This document shows positions 62,889 through 64,000 of a stretch of 64,000 nucleotides of DNA, piece by piece. Where the stretch lies: contig CAVXWP010000015.1 of NCBI GenBank assembly GCA_963765495.1, positions 124,115 to 188,114 of the forward strand, given 5' to 3'. The notes beneath the pieces are model-generated. The model did not search any database. It was not told the DNA's origin and saw only the letters and a list, made by a program, of their open reading frames with translations. Made by a program: the position numbers and the translations under genes. The stretch is from Blastocatellia bacterium. GTDB lineage: Bacteria > Acidobacteriota > Blastocatellia > UBA7656. How positions within the stretch are numbered: the stretch's first letter is position 1; each line of letters starts with the position of its first letter.

Positions 62889-63835
62889 CTATCTCTGATT
62901 TAATACGCGCTTCAATTCCGGCAACACCTAGTAATCATTATGAATCCGCCATTGCCTTCAAATATCTCGATAAGGCGGCGGTTAGCCAGAGCCTTCAATG
63001 TATGTCGAATCAGCATTAAAGGTTGGTCGAGTTGCTCCGATATTGAATCTTCATTTACCCTCGTTATTAACGATCTGAGTGGCTATCGTGTTCACAATAG
63101 AGCTATAGTCAGGTATGTACACCCTCGCGTATTGCTCAAAGCCATAAAGAATTATGGTAAATGCTGGTGGATCGACACTCATGGGTCTTACCAATTCTAT
63201 GTAGCCTTTATGTTCCAATATATCAAGTGATTCAAAAAAATCTTTCTGATGGATTTCGTGCGGTTGTACTTGCGCATACAAAGGTTCAGTTTCTATAAAT
63301 GGATAGTCTATTTCAAGAGCCATTTCACAAGCAAGTTTGAGAATCAAGCTGTCCAATTCTGTGAGGCCGGGCACAATGTCAATTACGGTTTGTGCATACG
63401 CTGGAGGATTGCCTAGCGGCGGCCTATCCAGTTTTCCAAAAATTGACAATACAATACTTTCTAGTTCGGTATCATAGTTATCAAGGTTCTCAATCTTTAC
63501 CCAGACAGTCGTCCTCAAGCACGCTGGAATTTCACAATCGTCAATAATGATTGGGATAAGCTTGGTATTGTCTTCAATTCTTCTGACCATTCCGGCATTT
63601 AACTCTTCCCGGACCCAGTGCTTCTACGCTATACTTGGATAAAACCGCAATCATTGCTTGGGCATTCTTTTATCCCCTCTTCAAATATTTTGTCGATCAG
63701 TTTATCTCCTGCATGCATCTCCCATTTGTCTACCCAAGCATCAATTCCTTTTGCGCGTAGTCTGGCTGCGAAATCCAACACGAATCTGTCTTTATCTTCG
63801 GATGCGTGACTCACAAAAACCTTCGGTGTATTCAC
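62889..63835 (-). pseudogene. TIR-domain protein gene cassette (about four apparent indels)
   Basis: VFVSHASEDK, AWVDKWEMHAGD / NAQAMIAVLSKYSV / HWVREELNAG..LIPIIIDDCEIP / ..VLPELKRVL-stop; GGAGG RBS before GTG. Confidence 0.85.
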
Positions 63836-63892
63836 TCTTTCCTCCCTTTCTGTACATTATATCCTTATTGGCTCAAGTCGTCTGTTGGTTAG

Positions 63893-63985
63893 GCATAACG
63901 GTTGGGATGACCGGGCGCGCGAGCAGCACTGGTGGAGCTATAAGATACTTGCTTCGCGCGCTCCGGTTGATGCGATTTGTTAGGC
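63893..63985 (-). other. attC site 1 (93 bp); its own cassette lies beyond the window
   Basis: Minus strand R'' GCCTAAC, L'' CATCAACC, GG, extra A, stem GCGCGCGA/TCGCGCGC, L' GGTCATC, 6-nt spacer, R' GTTATGC. Confidence 0.88.
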
Positions 63986-64000
63986 CCGGCCTGAGTTATA

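Larger units (their letters stand above)
58433..64000. mobile_element. tRNA-anchored genomic island (phage/ICE-like left arm plus cassette array), right end outside the window
   Basis: att-like motifs after the tRNA, Xre switch, HNH, small phage-like ORFs, AT-richer DNA, none of the host intergenic repeat families; no integrase in the window. Confidence 0.7.

Noticed and set aside
61492-63835. Calling the two TIR genes a Thoeris system
   Set aside because: No ThsA-type effector (SIR2-SLOG, Macro-TM) is in the window and the genes are separate cassettes; an effector beyond 64000 cannot be excluded
59619-63835. Programmed ribosomal frameshifting in island genes
   Set aside because: Too many shifts, in both directions, without consistent slippery heptamers; error or decay is simpler

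Overview
Mostly GC-rich chromosomal DNA from a probable soil or sediment bacterium; gene content and style suggest Acidobacteriota (Blastocatellia-like), which is inference. Positions 1 to ~56.8 kb hold intact housekeeping and accessory genes: a MacA/MacB-type exporter without ATPase, ubiX/ubiA, an envelope-glycan cluster, an AtuA/enoyl-CoA hydratase cluster, accA, icd, glycoside hydrolases, mutS beside an Mrr-like nuclease, an NLR-like DUF4062-NB-ARC-TPR gene and an RpoD-like sigma factor. Many of their intergenic gaps contain inverted 7-mer or 9-mer tandem-repeat elements. The right end is a mobile-element hotspot with three parts. (1) An ISAs1 element sits in the anticodon loop of tRNA-Val(GAC) and is flanked by an identical 158-bp direct repeat that regenerates the intact tRNA and its promoter. 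(2) A phage/ICE-like island starts at the tRNA 3' end (IHF site, Xre switch, HNH). (3) The distal end of an integron-type attC array follows; both of its complete cassettes encode TIR-domain proteins, one of them a DUF4062-TIR fusion. Genes beyond ~59.6 kb carry many small indels, so they are either decaying or affected by sequencing error.
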